From positions 3,264,001-3,328,000 of the forward strand of contig CAVXRD010000002.1 in the NCBI GenBank assembly GCA_963764165.1: a stretch of 64,000 bases of DNA, in the 5' to 3' direction. The notes under the pieces are model-generated. The model did no database searches. It had not been told where the DNA came from and saw only the letters and a list, made by a program, of their open reading frames with translations. This document shows positions 17,791-28,700 of the stretch, piece after piece. Origin of the DNA: an uncultured Verrucomicrobiae bacterium. Its GTDB lineage: Bacteria > Verrucomicrobiota > Verrucomicrobiia > Limisphaerales > Palsa-1400. The position numbers and the translations under genes were made by a program. Each line of letters begins with the position of its first letter. Positions within the stretch are counted from its first letter, which is position 1.

Positions 17791-18730
17791 ATGTTGAGAA
17801 AAATTGAATTTGGCTGGCGTGCGGTTTTTAGCCGTTCGACAGGGCTCTTGATTGTCTTGGCGGGCATGGCTCTAGGCTGGCAATTGCCGCTGCCGGCGGT
17901 GGCCGAGGAATCGCCCCCGGCGGACTGGATTGAGTGGCAGCACCAGCGGCACGAGTCCATCGCCGGGCCCAACGGTTGGACTACGCTGATTTCGCTGCAC
18001 TGGCTGCCGGAAGGCAAGACGTCCGTCGGATCGGATCCGACGAATCAGTTCGTGCTCCCGGCGGATCGCGTCACGGGTTTCGTGGGCGTGTTTTCCAGAA
18101 CAGGGGATTCTGTTCAATTCGAGGCCGCGCCGGGAGTCACCGCGCATTCGGGTGGCGCGCCCGTCCATGTGTTGGAAATGAAGAGCGACGCCTCCGATAA
18201 ACCATCGAAGCTGATGGTAGGGTCGCTGTCCTTTGTGATCATCAAACGAGGAGAACGATTTGGCGTTCGGGTGCGGGATCCGGAGTCTCCGGCGCGCCAT
18301 CACTTCGCGGGCTTGCATTATTTTCCGTACCGATTCCTCCTGGCGCCTTCAGGGACGATTCGAAGCATTCCCGTCTCCGCATTCATTGCACGTTCCGGAT
18401 GCGACCGGCGGCATCCAGGAACTGTCTTCGCCCGGCTCTCTGGTGTTTTCGCATGACGGAAAGGAATACCGACTGGACGCCGTTGAAGAAGGCGGGAACG
18501 AGTATTTCATGATTTTCACAGATTCCAGCGCGGGTAATTCAACCTACGCCGCGGGCCGGTTCATGTATGTCCCCAAGCAGGATGCCGAGGGCCATGTCAC
18601 CATCGATTTTAACCGGGCATTTACGCCGCCGTGCGGGTTCACGCCCTTCGCCACTTGCCCGAGGCCGCCCGAACAGAATTCACTTCCATTCGCGATTGAA
18701 GCTGGCGAGCGAAAACCGGAAGGCCACTAA
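17791..18730 (+). CDS. DUF1684 family protein split by a single-base frameshift at ~18331 (read error or recent pseudogene)
   Basis: Removing one C from TACCGAT joins ...RVRDPES...HYFPY to DSSWRLQGRF...TYAAGRF...IDFNRAFTPPC.FTPFATCP.PP.QN.LP..IEAGE. Confidence 0.85.
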
Positions 18731-18790
18731 CTTGGGGCGGCGAACTCATTTCGAAATTGCGAAAAAATTCATTCTGTGGAGAATGTTGAA

Positions 18791-19939
18791 ATGCACCCCG
18801 TAATTCGCACCGACGATCCCACGATTGAAGTTGCCTGGTTTTCCGCGCTTTGCAGTGATGATTTCGAGTATTTGGGTGTGCCGGATGGGCGCTATCGCAG
18901 CAGCTTCGAGCATTGCGCGGGCATCATGACGACGGCGGACCGGCTGGGTTATCAGAACATCCTCCTGCCGTCGTCGTTTCAACCGGGGCAGGAGCCTTTC
19001 GTCTTTGCCGCTGCCACCGCTGGGATGACACGGCAGATCCAGCAACTGGTGGCGGTGCGCATGGGCGAAATCCACCCGCCCATGCTGGCGCGGCATATCT
19101 CGACGCTTGACCACATTTTGCGAGGGCGTCTGACCATCAACATCATTTCTTCCGATCTGCCAGGGCAAGTCGAGAGCAACGAGATTCGATATGGGCGCTC
19201 TGCCGAGGTCATCGAAATCCTCAAGCTGCTTTGGACACAGAATGAGCTGAAGTTCAAAGGGAAATATTACGATTTGAACCTGCCAGCGACAGATCCCGTC
19301 AAGCCTTACCAGCAAAACGGCGGTCCGCTTCTCTATTTTGGCGGCATGTCTGATCTGGCCAAGGATTTGTGCGCGCGGCATTGCGACGTTTTTTTGATGT
19401 GGCCAGAGACCGAAGACCGATTGGCCGCGACGATGGCTGAAATGAGCCAGCGAGCCGCGGCTTACGGTCGGAAAATTGACTTCGGCCTGCGCATCCATGT
19501 CATCGTTCGCGAGACGGAAAACGAAGCGCGGGAATATGCCAAGCGCCTTATTTCCAAGCTTGATCCGGAAAAGGGGGCCGCCATCAAAGCGCGCTCCCAG
19601 GACAGCCGTTCTCTTGGAGTGACCCGCCAGGACGAATTGCGGGCCCAATCCAAGGACGACTATATCGAAGAAAACATCTGGTCTGGCATCGGCCGCGCCC
19701 GCTCGGGATGCGGAAGCGCGATCGTCGGCTCTCCCGATCAGGTGCTCAAGAAATTGCAGCGCTATATTTCCATGGGGATGCGCGCATTTATCCTTTCGGG
19801 ATATCCGCATCAGCAAGAATGCGAGTTATTCGCGAAGCATGTGCTGCCCCAATTGAAGACTGGCAAATTGCCGGTCTTGCAGGGACGCGTCCCGTCGCAA
19901 ACCCCAGAAACCCCGCTGACCACCGCGCCCAGAAAATGA
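18791..19939 (+). CDS. Luciferase-like (LLM) flavin-dependent monooxygenase, SsuD-related
   Basis: [52 protein letters not shown]. Confidence 0.9.
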   Translation: MHPVIRTDDPTIEVAWFSALCSDDFEYLGVPDGRYRSSFEHCAGIMTTADRLGYQNILLPSSFQPGQEPFVFAAATAGMTRQIQQLVAVRMGEIHPPMLARHISTLDHILRGRLTINIISSDLPGQVESNEIRYGRSAEVIEILKLLWTQNELKFKGKYYDLNLPATDPVKPYQQNGGPLLYFGGMSDLAKDLCARHCDVFLMWPETEDRLAATMAEMSQRAAAYGRKIDFGLRIHVIVRETENEAREYAKRLISKLDPEKGAAIKARSQDSRSLGVTRQDELRAQSKDDYIEENIWSGIGRARSGCGSAIVGSPDQVLKKLQRYISMGMRAFILSGYPHQQECELFAKHVLPQLKTGKLPVLQGRVPSQTPETPLTTAPRK

Positions 19940-20421
19940 GAAACGCCGCGCTGCGGACTGCGCTGGGTCCTCCACCATCACGATCCCGCCGTCAAAATCC
20001 TGCTTTGGAAAATAAATAATCGGGAACGCCCCGAACTCAGGAAAGAGGTTCCTCGCGGTTTTCAGTGGATAGCCGCGTGGTATTCCAGCTCGCGGCCGGC
20101 CTAACAATCCCTTCGAGATTTGCGGATAGGCTTTCAGAGCAAGCATCGCATTCCATTGAAAAACAGCGAGGCACCCAATTCCGCTCCCGCCTCTTTTCGG
20201 GTGCGCCAAAGTCTGTTCCGTGCCTATCAGGAACGGAGGCTTGAGTTGCTTATGCAGAGAGCGGGTTGCAAAGTGTCTCGGCCATCCCGTGCCGACAGAA
20301 GCCAAAAATTGGCATATTCGCCTCGTTTCCTGACGTTCCTGCGGTCCGGATTAAATACCCGAGGTTCGGGGCTTGTAACACGATTTTAACATGGTGAGCG
20401 AAACTTTTCTTCCCCGCAAAC

Positions 20422-20449
20422 TTGACCTTTGGCTGGAATCAGGCATAAT
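20422..20449 (+). promoter_or_regulatory. Putative sigma70 promoter of typA
   Basis: TTGACC, 16 bp, CATAAT, ~30 bp upstream of the ATG at 20478. Confidence 0.5.
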
Positions 20450-20477
20450 ACCCGGCTCGGTAGAATTCCAAGACCAA

Positions 20478-22313
20478 ATGGACCATATAAGAAATATAGC
20501 AATTATCGCCCACGTCGATCACGGCAAAACCACGCTGGTGGACTGCCTGCTCAAACAGTCGGGCACCTTTCGCGCCAATCAAGCCATCTCCACTGAGGAA
20601 CGAATCATGGATTCGATGGACCTCGAACGCGAGAAAGGCATCACGATCCGCGCCAAGAACGCCGCTTTCAAATACAAGGATTACAACATCAACATCGTGG
20701 ACACCCCGGGCCACGCCGATTTCGGCGGCGAGGTGGAGCGCATCATGAACATGATCGACGGCGTGCTGCTGGTGGTGGATGCCGCGGACGGGCCACAGGC
20801 CCAAACGCGGTTTGTCTTGCGCAAGGCGCTGGAAGCCGGCGCCAAGCCGATTGTGGTCATCAACAAAATTGACCGAGACAACGTCAACCCGCACAAGGTG
20901 CTCGACCAGGTGTTTGAATTGTTCATGTCGCTCCACGCGACCGACGAGCAATTGGATTTCCCGACCGTTTACACCAGCGCCAAGAACGGTTACGCCAAAA
21001 TTCATTTGACGGACGAAAGCACCACGATGGAGCCGCTCTTCGCCGCCATCATCAAGCATATTCCTCCGCCCCGCGCCCAGGCCGGCACCGAGTTCAAAAT
21101 GCTGGTGGCAAACCTCGATTACTCCGATTACCTCGGCCGTATCGCGTTTGGAAAAATTTACAGCGGCCACGCGAAGGTTGGCGATCCCGCTGTTTGCATT
21201 CACGGCGATGGTCGCAAGACCGAGGGGAAAATCACGCAAATTTTCCATTTCGAGGGCTTGAAGCGCATCGAGATCACCGAGGCGCATGCCGGCGACGTCA
21301 TTGGCGTGGCGGGTTTTGAGGAAGTGTTTATCGGCGAAACGATCACCGATAACGCCTCACGCACGCCTTTGCCCTTCGTGCCGATTGACCCGCCCACCAT
21401 TCAAATGCAGTTCGCCGTCAACGACGGACCGCTGGCGGGCAATGATGGGAAACTGGTCACGGCCCGCCATATTTGGGAGCGTTTGACCAAGGAAGTCCGC
21501 ACGAATGTGGCCTTGCGCATTTCGCCGTCGGAAGTTCCGAATATTTTCAACGTCGCGGGACGCGGCGAAATGCAGATCGCCATTCTGGTCGAGCAGATGC
21601 GCCGCGAAGGTTACGAGGTTTTGGTCTCGCGCCCCGAGGTCATTTACAAGAAGGATGCCGAAGGCAAGCTCTTGGAGCCATTCGAAAAATTGTTCCTGGA
21701 AATTCCCAAGGAATCCATGGGGCCGATCATGGAGAACCTCGCCAACCGCAAGGCGGACATTGTGCAGATGGATCACCACGGCGCGGAAATCACGATCGAA
21801 GCGCTCATCCCGATGCGCGGCCTGATTGGTTTTGAGACCGACGTGGTCAACATCACCCGCGGAATGGGCACGATGAGCCATCTGTTCCACGAATACGGCC
21901 CGGACCGCGGAGACATCGCCGCGCGCAAGAATGGATCGCTGGTCAGCATGGAGGACGGCGAAGCAATGGCTTACGCGTTGAACATGGTGCAGGAGCGCGG
22001 CCGCCTCATGGTTGAGCCGGGCGACAATATTTACAAGGGCATGATCGTTGGCGAAAACGCCCGCGAAAACGACATCCCGGTGAACCCGTGCAAGGCCAAA
22101 CGCCTTACCAACATGCGTTCGCAAGGCGACGGCAAAGGCATCCAATTGGATCCGCCGCTGAAGATGTCACTGGAGCGCGCCTTGGAATACATCGGGCCGG
22201 ACGAATACGTTGAGGCGACGCCGAAGAATCTGCGCCTGCGCAAAAAAATTCTCGACGAGAACATGCGCAAACGCGCCGCCCAAAGCCGCGCCCCCAAAGT
22301 CGTCGCTGAGTAA
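20478..22313 (+). CDS. typA: Translational GTPase TypA/BipA
   Basis: [69 protein letters not shown]. Confidence 0.97.
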   Translation: MDHIRNIAIIAHVDHGKTTLVDCLLKQSGTFRANQAISTEERIMDSMDLEREKGITIRAKNAAFKYKDYNINIVDTPGHADFGGEVERIMNMIDGVLLVVDAADGPQAQTRFVLRKALEAGAKPIVVINKIDRDNVNPHKVLDQVFELFMSLHATDEQLDFPTVYTSAKNGYAKIHLTDESTTMEPLFAAIIKHIPPPRAQAGTEFKMLVANLDYSDYLGRIAFGKIYSGHAKVGDPAVCIHGDGRKTEGKITQIFHFEGLKRIEITEAHAGDVIGVAGFEEVFIGETITDNASRTPLPFVPIDPPTIQMQFAVNDGPLAGNDGKLVTARHIWERLTKEVRTNVALRISPSEVPNIFNVAGRGEMQIAILVEQMRREGYEVLVSRPEVIYKKDAEGKLLEPFEKLFLEIPKESMGPIMENLANRKADIVQMDHHGAEITIEALIPMRGLIGFETDVVNITRGMGTMSHLFHEYGPDRGDIAARKNGSLVSMEDGEAMAYALNMVQERGRLMVEPGDNIYKGMIVGENARENDIPVNPCKAKRLTNMRSQGDGKGIQLDPPLKMSLERALEYIGPDEYVEATPKNLRLRKKILDENMRKRAAQSRAPKVVAE

Positions 22314-22326
22314 ATCTGTGAGGCTT

Positions 22327-22384
22327 GGCGGGGCGAGGCTGCCCGCCGAGCCGCGAAGGTGGCTCGGCAGAAGGCTCGCCTGCC
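22327..22384. repeat. REP-like palindrome between convergent genes; a partial copy lies at ~35484
   Basis: GGCGAGGCTGCCCGCCGAGCC...GGCTCGGCAGAAGGCTCGCC. Confidence 0.6.
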
Positions 22385-22392
22385 GACCTCAA

Positions 22393-22926
22393 TTAGAGAA
22401 ATGCGCCCAACCTTTCTATCAATTCTTCAGTCGTGCCGCTGTTATCTACAGTGAAATCGGCCATGGCGGCGACTTTGTCGACCTCTTGGGCTCCCGAAGC
22501 GGCGGAGCGCTCGTGGTTTTCGATGGCCTGGAATTCCTCGAAGGAAATATTATCACCGGGCCGGTTGCGTTTTCGGGCGCGTTCATAGCGAATCTGGAGC
22601 GGAGCGTCTACAAAGAGAAGAATGAACTCCGTCCCGAATTGACCGCGGAAAAGCTCGACTTCCGCCGTGCCGCGAATGCCCGAAATGATCGCGTTTCCTG
22701 TGATCCGGCTAATGGCCAATTCGGCCAGGTATCCCATGCCGCGAGTTTTTTTGGCGTCGGCGGCGAATTGGCTCATGGTGGCGCGATCCACCGGCAAGCC
22801 GCGGCCGCGCATTTCCTCCCGCAGGGTGTCGCCCAGGGAAATGTGCTTGCAGCCTTTGCCGACGAAGAAATCGGCCACTGTATCCTTTCCCGACGCGGGC
22901 TGCCCGCAAATGCCGATGATCTTCAT
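22393..22926 (-). CDS. P-loop nucleotide kinase-like protein (dephospho-CoA kinase-related, UPF0200-type)
   Basis: IIGICGQPASGKDT, SLGD.LREE, GIR..AEV, VDAP..IRYER...R.R, ADF.VDN.GT. Confidence 0.85.
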   Translation of the reverse strand: MKIIGICGQPASGKDTVADFFVGKGCKHISLGDTLREEMRGRGLPVDRATMSQFAADAKKTRGMGYLAELAISRITGNAIISGIRGTAEVELFRGQFGTEFILLFVDAPLQIRYERARKRNRPGDNISFEEFQAIENHERSAASGAQEVDKVAAMADFTVDNSGTTEELIERLGAFL

Positions 22927-23038
22927 CCGGCTTTAATACGCCATGAAGCGCCTCCTCTCAAGTTCGGAGAAAAGTCCGCCTCTTTTGCGAGGGTAAAAGT
23001 TAGACTGATTTTTCGAAATGGCATAGTGTGGGATTGAA

Positions 23039-24130
23039 TTGAAAATATGTGTCTCAATGGCGGATCAGTCATTTCAGCGGACAAAATCCATCGGCATTCT
23101 CAATGTTTCGCTCGGGCTGCTCGAAGGATTGGCCAGGCATCCCGCGGTTGAAAAACTGAACGTCCTGAGCAATTCGTCGCTCATTCTGCCAAATGGCGGC
23201 GGCCAGAAGCCGGCCATCAGGAATTATGACGCGCCGGCGCGCGGCAGGCTGTCCCGCATGATTTGGGATCAGTGGTATGTTTATCGGGCGGCGGCCATGA
23301 CCGGCTGCGACTGGCTCTTGCTGCCCAAGGGATACACCTCCTTCTTGGCCGCGCCACCCATCAAACTGGCCGCTTACGTTCACGATGCCATGCAGGATTT
23401 CTATCGGACAAAGCATCCGGGCACAGTCTCGCGGACCGAAGAATGGTACTTTGACCGCAGCTTTGCTGCCACGCTTCGGCAGGCGTCCGTGATCTTCACG
23501 AATTCTGATTTTTCCCGGGGAGAAGTCATGCGAATGGCCCAAAAACTCCATATTGCGGCTCCGCCGGTCTTGACCGCCGGCATCGGATTCTCCCGGCCAG
23601 CTCCGCGGCCTTCGGCCGGGAAAGAAGACTATATCGTGGTGCTGGTGAGCAAATGGCCCCATAAATTGACCGGCGTGGCGTTGGAATATGTGCGTCGCTG
23701 GCAGGAACAGGCGCTTTATCCGGGCGCCATCCACCTTGTCGGCCAGTTGCCGGACGGTTTGCCAGCCCCTGTTCTTCCAAAATGGAGGCATTTTCCACGA
23801 ATGCCGGACGCCGATTACCTTTCCATGCTGAACCAGGCGCGTATTCTTGTTTACTTTTCCGAATACGAAGGTTTTGGCATGCCTCCCATCGAAGCTATCC
23901 TCCAGGGAACGCCGCCCGTTTATTCGCGCATTCCAGCCATGCAGGAAAGCTCCCAAGGCTGCGGTTTTTTATTTGACAATGATTCGGAGCAAGGTTTCCG
24001 AGCGGCGATGGCAAGCGCGCTGGCGTGCGAGGAGGGGACGGTCGAACAGTGGGCCAAACTTCTTCAAGGGAGCCATGATTGGCAGGCCGTCACCGAACGG
24101 GTGGTGGCCGGCCTGACCCGGCAGCGCTAG
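23039..24130 (+). CDS. Glycosyltransferase family 4 (GT-B)
   Basis: YVHD, NSDFSR, SEYEGFGMPPIEA. Confidence 0.9.
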   Translation: MKICVSMADQSFQRTKSIGILNVSLGLLEGLARHPAVEKLNVLSNSSLILPNGGGQKPAIRNYDAPARGRLSRMIWDQWYVYRAAAMTGCDWLLLPKGYTSFLAAPPIKLAAYVHDAMQDFYRTKHPGTVSRTEEWYFDRSFAATLRQASVIFTNSDFSRGEVMRMAQKLHIAAPPVLTAGIGFSRPAPRPSAGKEDYIVVLVSKWPHKLTGVALEYVRRWQEQALYPGAIHLVGQLPDGLPAPVLPKWRHFPRMPDADYLSMLNQARILVYFSEYEGFGMPPIEAILQGTPPVYSRIPAMQESSQGCGFLFDNDSEQGFRAAMASALACEEGTVEQWAKLLQGSHDWQAVTERVVAGLTRQR

Positions 24131-24264
24131 ATTCCAAAGATTCAAATTGCCGTCAACAGGGTTTGGCGAGCTTCGTAGTATACCGGATAGCGGCTGGGGA
24201 GTTGTTTGATGCATCCTCTTGCTTGAAAGTTATCAATTCCTTTTCAACCACAGGGTGACCCATC

Positions 24265-25227
24265 ATGAAACAAGAAGCTATTTTCGGCCGTGCCAGTGTC
24301 GAAGTGAGTAACGGAACAAGGCTGCTCGCGGGGCTTGTCCTTGTCGCGGCAATTCTATGCCCGCGATGGACGTTTGCGGCGGGGCCTCCGCCTGTTAATC
24401 TAAATTCCGCCGCCCATTTCACCGTTCTGGGCGAAAGCACGGTCACGACGACAGGCGGTGGCATCATCAATGGCGACGTCGGACTGTATCCCGCCGGCTC
24501 GCAGGGCATTCCGCCCGGACAGATTAATGGCACCATCTACAACGGCGGCCCGATTGCGGAGCAGGCGGAGGCTGACTTAAACACGGCGTTTATCAACTCC
24601 AGCCCCGCGAAACTTCCCGGAGGCATCAACGTCGGCGCCGAGCTTGGCGGCCTGACGCTGGCTCCCGGCGTCTATCAATCCCCGTCGGGCGCGTATGGAA
24701 TTACACTGGTGGATCTCACGCTCGCCGGCGGTCCCAACGATGTCTGGGTTTTCCAGATGGCTTCCACTCTGACCGTCGAAGTCGGGCGCCAAGTCATCTT
24801 GACTGGCGGCGCGCAGGCCAGAAATATCTTCTGGCAGGTCGGCAGTTCTGCAACGCTGAATACAGGCTCCGTCTTCGCGGGAACCATCATGGCGTCCGCC
24901 TCAGTCACAATGAACGCCGAGACAACATTGAACGGCAGGGCTATGGCCCAGTATGGAGCGGTGACATTCAATGGGTCTCAAGGAAGTTTGCCCACGCCGG
25001 CGCCTCCCATTTTTACGTCCATAACCGTTGCACCCACCAACTCCGCCATCATGACTTTGAGCACGACGCCTTACTTTCCGCTGACATTGCAATCGAGCAC
25101 AGACCTTCTGAATTGGACCATCGTTTCCACGGACACGCCGGCTACCAACATCTGGTCATGCACCAACACCGTGGGACCGGAGGCAGTGCGGCGGTATTAC
25201 AGGGCGTTTCTCTACCCTTACCCATAA
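24265..25227 (+). CDS. Ice-binding (DUF3494) family secreted protein
   Basis: Signal peptide, ELGGLTLAPGVY, VWVFQMASTL, NIFWQVGSSATL, GTIMASAS, GRAMAQ.GAVT. Confidence 0.92.
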   Translation: MKQEAIFGRASVEVSNGTRLLAGLVLVAAILCPRWTFAAGPPPVNLNSAAHFTVLGESTVTTTGGGIINGDVGLYPAGSQGIPPGQINGTIYNGGPIAEQAEADLNTAFINSSPAKLPGGINVGAELGGLTLAPGVYQSPSGAYGITLVDLTLAGGPNDVWVFQMASTLTVEVGRQVILTGGAQARNIFWQVGSSATLNTGSVFAGTIMASASVTMNAETTLNGRAMAQYGAVTFNGSQGSLPTPAPPIFTSITVAPTNSAIMTLSTTPYFPLTLQSSTDLLNWTIVSTDTPATNIWSCTNTVGPEAVRRYYRAFLYPYP

Positions 25228-25328
25228 CCATTGGAGAGTGCGTAGAACACCGAATATCTCCCAAAGAGCTATTCGCGGCATTCTTCATTGAAGCTAACCG
25301 ATTCATTGTCAATACCAGAAATTATTTT

Positions 25329-26300
25329 ATGAAACACAAAACTATTATCGGCTCAAACATTGCCGGAGGGCAAAACGGAACAACCCTGCTTGCCGGGCTT
25401 GTCCTTATCGCGGCGATTGTTTGTCCGCAGCGGGCGCTCGCGGAGGGCCCGGCCCCGGTCAATCTGGGATCAGCCTCCCATTTCGCCATTTTGGCTGGCA
25501 GCACAATCACCTCAACCGGCGGAGGCTTGGTTAACGGTGATGTCGGGCTGTTTCCGGCCGGTTCAGAGGGCATCCCGCAGGCGCAAATTAACGGGACGAT
25601 TTACAATGGCGGCGCGATTGCTGAAGCAGCCCAAGGCGATTTGACCGCCGCAGTGCTCGCCTCCAGCCCCCCTGCGCTTACCGGCGGCGCCAATGTAGGC
25701 AATGAACTGGGCGGGCTAACGCTGGCCCCTGGTGTGTATCTATCACCGTCCGGAGCCTACGGAATCACCGCGGTGGACCTCACGCTGGCCGGCGGCTCCA
25801 ACGATGTGTGGGTTTTCCAGATGTCAACAACGCTTACGGTGGCCGCCGGGCGGCAGGTAGTCTTGACAGGCGGGGCGCAGGCCAGAAACGTTTTCTGGCA
25901 GGTCGGCACCTCGGCAACGCTTGGGGCGTCCTCGGTAATTGAAGGAACCATCATGGCCTCCGCCTCCATCACCATGAACGCCCTCGCGACATTGGACGGC
26001 AGGGCGCTCGCGCAAAGTGGAGCGGTCACCTACAACGGCTCCCAAGGCAATCTGCCCTTGCCCGCGCCGCCCATCTTCACGTCGATAACCAATGTGACCA
26101 CCAATTCCACAACGTCCTCAACCATGGTTCTGAGCACAACCGCTTACCTGCCCCTGACATTGCAATCCAGCTCGAATCTTTTGACCTGGACGCCAATTGT
26201 TACCAACACGCCTGCTACAAACGTCTGGATCTACACTAACACTGTATCGACCAATGCATCCCAGCAGTATTACCGGGCGTCCCTCAGCCGTTATCCGTAA
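25329..26300 (+). CDS. Ice-binding (DUF3494) family secreted protein, tandem paralog
   Basis: Same motifs; colinear with the upstream gene. Confidence 0.92.
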   Translation: MKHKTIIGSNIAGGQNGTTLLAGLVLIAAIVCPQRALAEGPAPVNLGSASHFAILAGSTITSTGGGLVNGDVGLFPAGSEGIPQAQINGTIYNGGAIAEAAQGDLTAAVLASSPPALTGGANVGNELGGLTLAPGVYLSPSGAYGITAVDLTLAGGSNDVWVFQMSTTLTVAAGRQVVLTGGAQARNVFWQVGTSATLGASSVIEGTIMASASITMNALATLDGRALAQSGAVTYNGSQGNLPLPAPPIFTSITNVTTNSTTSSTMVLSTTAYLPLTLQSSSNLLTWTPIVTNTPATNVWIYTNTVSTNASQQYYRASLSRYP

Positions 26301-26336
26301 CTCCAGGTGGGAAACCTGCCTTTTCCATTTGCTCCT

Positions 26337-26740
26337 CTATTTGGAACCCATATTAATCCACCACTCGTGATCGGGGTGGCCCGATTTGGGGCGGTATCTT
26401 GCTCGCTGGTAAATTGTCGCCAGAACGCCTTTTAAATCATTGTTCGAGATGGCGCGCTTGGTTTGCCAAAGTTTGAGAAGAGAACAGGTCGACCATAATT
26501 CGATTTTTAATCCCTCGCTTTGGATTAGATTCCGCCCCTTTCGATCGTCTGTGGCTAGCGCGAAATTCCGGGCTTCGGCAATGGCGATGGATTCAGCTTC
26601 TCCGTCGTCGAGTTTGGAGGCCAATTCGATGTAACGGAGCTTTTCATGATCACCTTGCGCGGCGACAGTCTCCAAAAGCCCCTTGTTGGCGAGGGGTTTT
26701 AGGTCAATAAGCATCAGTTCTCCGGTTTCATCGTTACATG
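26337..26740 (-). pseudogene. PIN-like domain protein, probably N-terminally truncated
   Basis: LDDGEAESIAIA.AR...LATDDRK is present; the N-terminal PIN Asp strand is not found. Confidence 0.65.
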
Positions 26741-26755
26741 AGTGACCGTGTCCTT

Positions 26756-27076
26756 TTACAAGCTGAATAAGCGGACGAGCCCGGCATCAATGGCCTCCAA
26801 GCCGCCAGCCGGGAGAGAACCGAGCAGTCTGCCGATCTTGGCATGATCGACTCCCACCATCCCAATGAGGTTGATTACGGATTCTTCCGCCAGCCATCTG
26901 GGTTTTGGAAAGGGGATCTCGCATTCGCCTCCACGAATCTCCGTGGTTAGAGGGGCCACCACCGACATATTGCGGCACCCATCGGCATTGGGGATGGAAA
27001 TGACCACGCAAGGTCGCACTTTCCCGACGTAACCCAAGTCCACCAGAACGACGTCGCCGCGTCTAAAGCTGGTCAT
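26756..27076 (-). CDS. PemK/MazF-family toxin
   Basis: RRGDVVLVDL...KVRPCVVIS...VVAPLTT. Confidence 0.9.
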   Translation of the reverse strand: MTSFRRGDVVLVDLGYVGKVRPCVVISIPNADGCRNMSVVAPLTTEIRGGECEIPFPKPRWLAEESVINLIGMVGVDHAKIGRLLGSLPAGGLEAIDAGLVRLFSL

Positions 27077-27293
27077 ACAAGACTGTTGGAGCCGGGCCGA
27101 GCTTATCCCATGTCTCCGCTGCCGCCGCCGAAAGGTCAGACTCGCCGGGGGCCAACTCGCGAACGTGGGGCAACCCGAATTTAATCGCCTGAAGCATCGC
27201 TTCCTCGGTCGAAAGATGGGTGTCCGCTGCCTTGCGTTTGACCTCTTCCATGAGTTCCTCGGGCAACCCGAGCGCATAAGTCGTCATGCTCAT
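27063..27293 (-). CDS. Putative RHH-type antitoxin
   Basis: Small ORF upstream of and overlapping the toxin; TTYALGLPEELMEEVKRKA pattern. Confidence 0.75.
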   Translation of the reverse strand: MSMTTYALGLPEELMEEVKRKAADTHLSTEEAMLQAIKFGLPHVRELAPGESDLSAAAAETWDKLGPAPTVLYDQL

Positions 27294-27480
27294 GTGAAAA
27301 TGATACCAGCTTAGGGCGATAATTCAAGATTGTTCCAGTTGGACACTGACGCCTGATAGTATGTCAATAATGTCAATACATGTGATTTTGTGGTTCGACC
27401 CAAAATTCACGGGATGCCAAAGCCGTCGAAAATTATACATTTTACTCGATCATTTGGACGAGAGTTCGAATGTTAAGCTG

Positions 27481-28020
27481 CTATTTATCAAGTTGGGTTT
27501 GGTTTACTTGACTGGTTCTGCCAGCGATTGCGTACGCCCCCGCACTGAGCCCAATGATCGGAATTCCCAGCGCGCCCGACACGACGGAGGCGGTATTTGC
27601 GTCCACTACCTCAAACTGAAACATCATCCGACCGGGTTGTGTGTTGCGTTCGATACCCTTGACGCGAGAATTTCTAATTCTTCGTCTCCCGGAACCAGAA
27701 ATAGATTCTCTGGTACGCGAGGATTCCGGTCGGCGGCCCGAATGATGTGGCTCGCCCCGCTTTTTGGATCCTGGTAAGGGCTCGCAATTCTGCCTCGTAT
27801 GTAACCGGCAATGGTCTGCCTTGGATTGGAAGCCCCCCGCCTCGCCGGTGACCATCCCACCCAAAAGCATGCTCGACGAATTGGCTTGCGGGCCCATATC
27901 GATCACCAAAATATTTTCACTTGCGTGAGTTCGCGCGTATTCGGATGCGATTTGGAAGGTGAGGTAGCTTTTTCCGACCCCGCCTTTGTTGTTCCACAAA
28001 GCGTATGTAGGGATATATTG
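27481..28020 (-). pseudogene. ParA/MinD-family ATPase remnant, interrupted at its 5' end by the IS1595 element and internally frameshifted/deleted
   Basis: YALWNNKGGVGKS and LVIDMGPQAN; continues in another frame (TIAGY...NLFLVPGD..LE). Confidence 0.85.
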
Positions 28021-28083
28021 GGGAATTATATACATTGTTACCCTGACGGGTAAGGCGGGTCGGTTCGGCTTGCGCTTCAAAAG

Positions 28084-28254
28084 TCACGGTTTCTTCGCTG
28101 TCGGTTTCGCGGCCACTGGCGGCGCGGGATTCATTGGCGCGGCTTGCAACGCTTTCGCGGTTTGCTTGCCTTTGCCGCTGCCCATCGCGACAGCGGCTAA
28201 AGCGCGGGCGAACGACACCTTTAGCGGTGGATGTATTTTTTGCGGTCTGCTCAT
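28084..28254 (-). CDS. 56-aa basic ORF inside the IS (MSRPQKIHPPLKVSF...)
   Basis: Translated by hand; below the size cut-off of the ORF track. Confidence 0.45.
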   Translation of the reverse strand: MSRPQKIHPPLKVSFARALAAVAMGSGKGKQTAKALQAAPMNPAPPVAAKPTAKKP

Positions 28255-28295
28255 AAATTACTTGCTGTGCAAAATGCACTTAATAACATAACCAA

Positions 28296-28667
28296 ATGAC
28301 ATGGAGTGAGATTGCGGAAGAACTATCGGCTGAGGTTGAGAGACTGCAACCCCTGCTAAAAGCTCAGAAAGAGAATATTTGTCAAGGTGCTGATTTGATT
28401 GAACTGGAGAAACGCTGCTTTTGTGAAATTGACGACGCTTGCCAAAAGTTTGCAGAGTCCGGCAAATGGCCAGCACTAGACCAAAGCAAAGCCGTCTTAG
28501 CCTACTCCAGACTTGTTCATGCGGCTCTCTTTGTTGATTTTCTTTCCGAAGCGCCGGATTCAATTTCGATGCTTCCAATAGAGGATATGCGTAAAGCCAC
28601 CGTCCTAAATTTTTTACTCTTGGATTATTGGCGTTTTGCAGGTTGTGCGCGTTGGCGAACTTCATAA
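28296..28667 (+). CDS. Hypothetical IS passenger protein (123 aa)
   Basis: ATG ORF with helical composition, convergent with the transposase. Confidence 0.6.
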   Translation: MTWSEIAEELSAEVERLQPLLKAQKENICQGADLIELEKRCFCEIDDACQKFAESGKWPALDQSKAVLAYSRLVHAALFVDFLSEAPDSISMLPIEDMRKATVLNFLLLDYWRFAGCARWRTS

Positions 28668-28700
28668 ATTGTTTTCAATGTAGGATGCGAGTCAAAACAT

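Noticed and set aside
18325..18335. Frameshift in the DUF1684 gene as programmed frameshifting or a true pseudogene
   Set aside because: A single extra C with no slippery site. A similar single extra G breaks ccoH at ~44215, so read/assembly indel errors are the simpler explanation; needs a read check.
20439..22145. Long antisense ORFs opposite typA (and similarly opposite ilvD, ccoN, the IS transposase and cstA)
   Set aside because: Typical shadow ORFs produced by high-GC codon bias.
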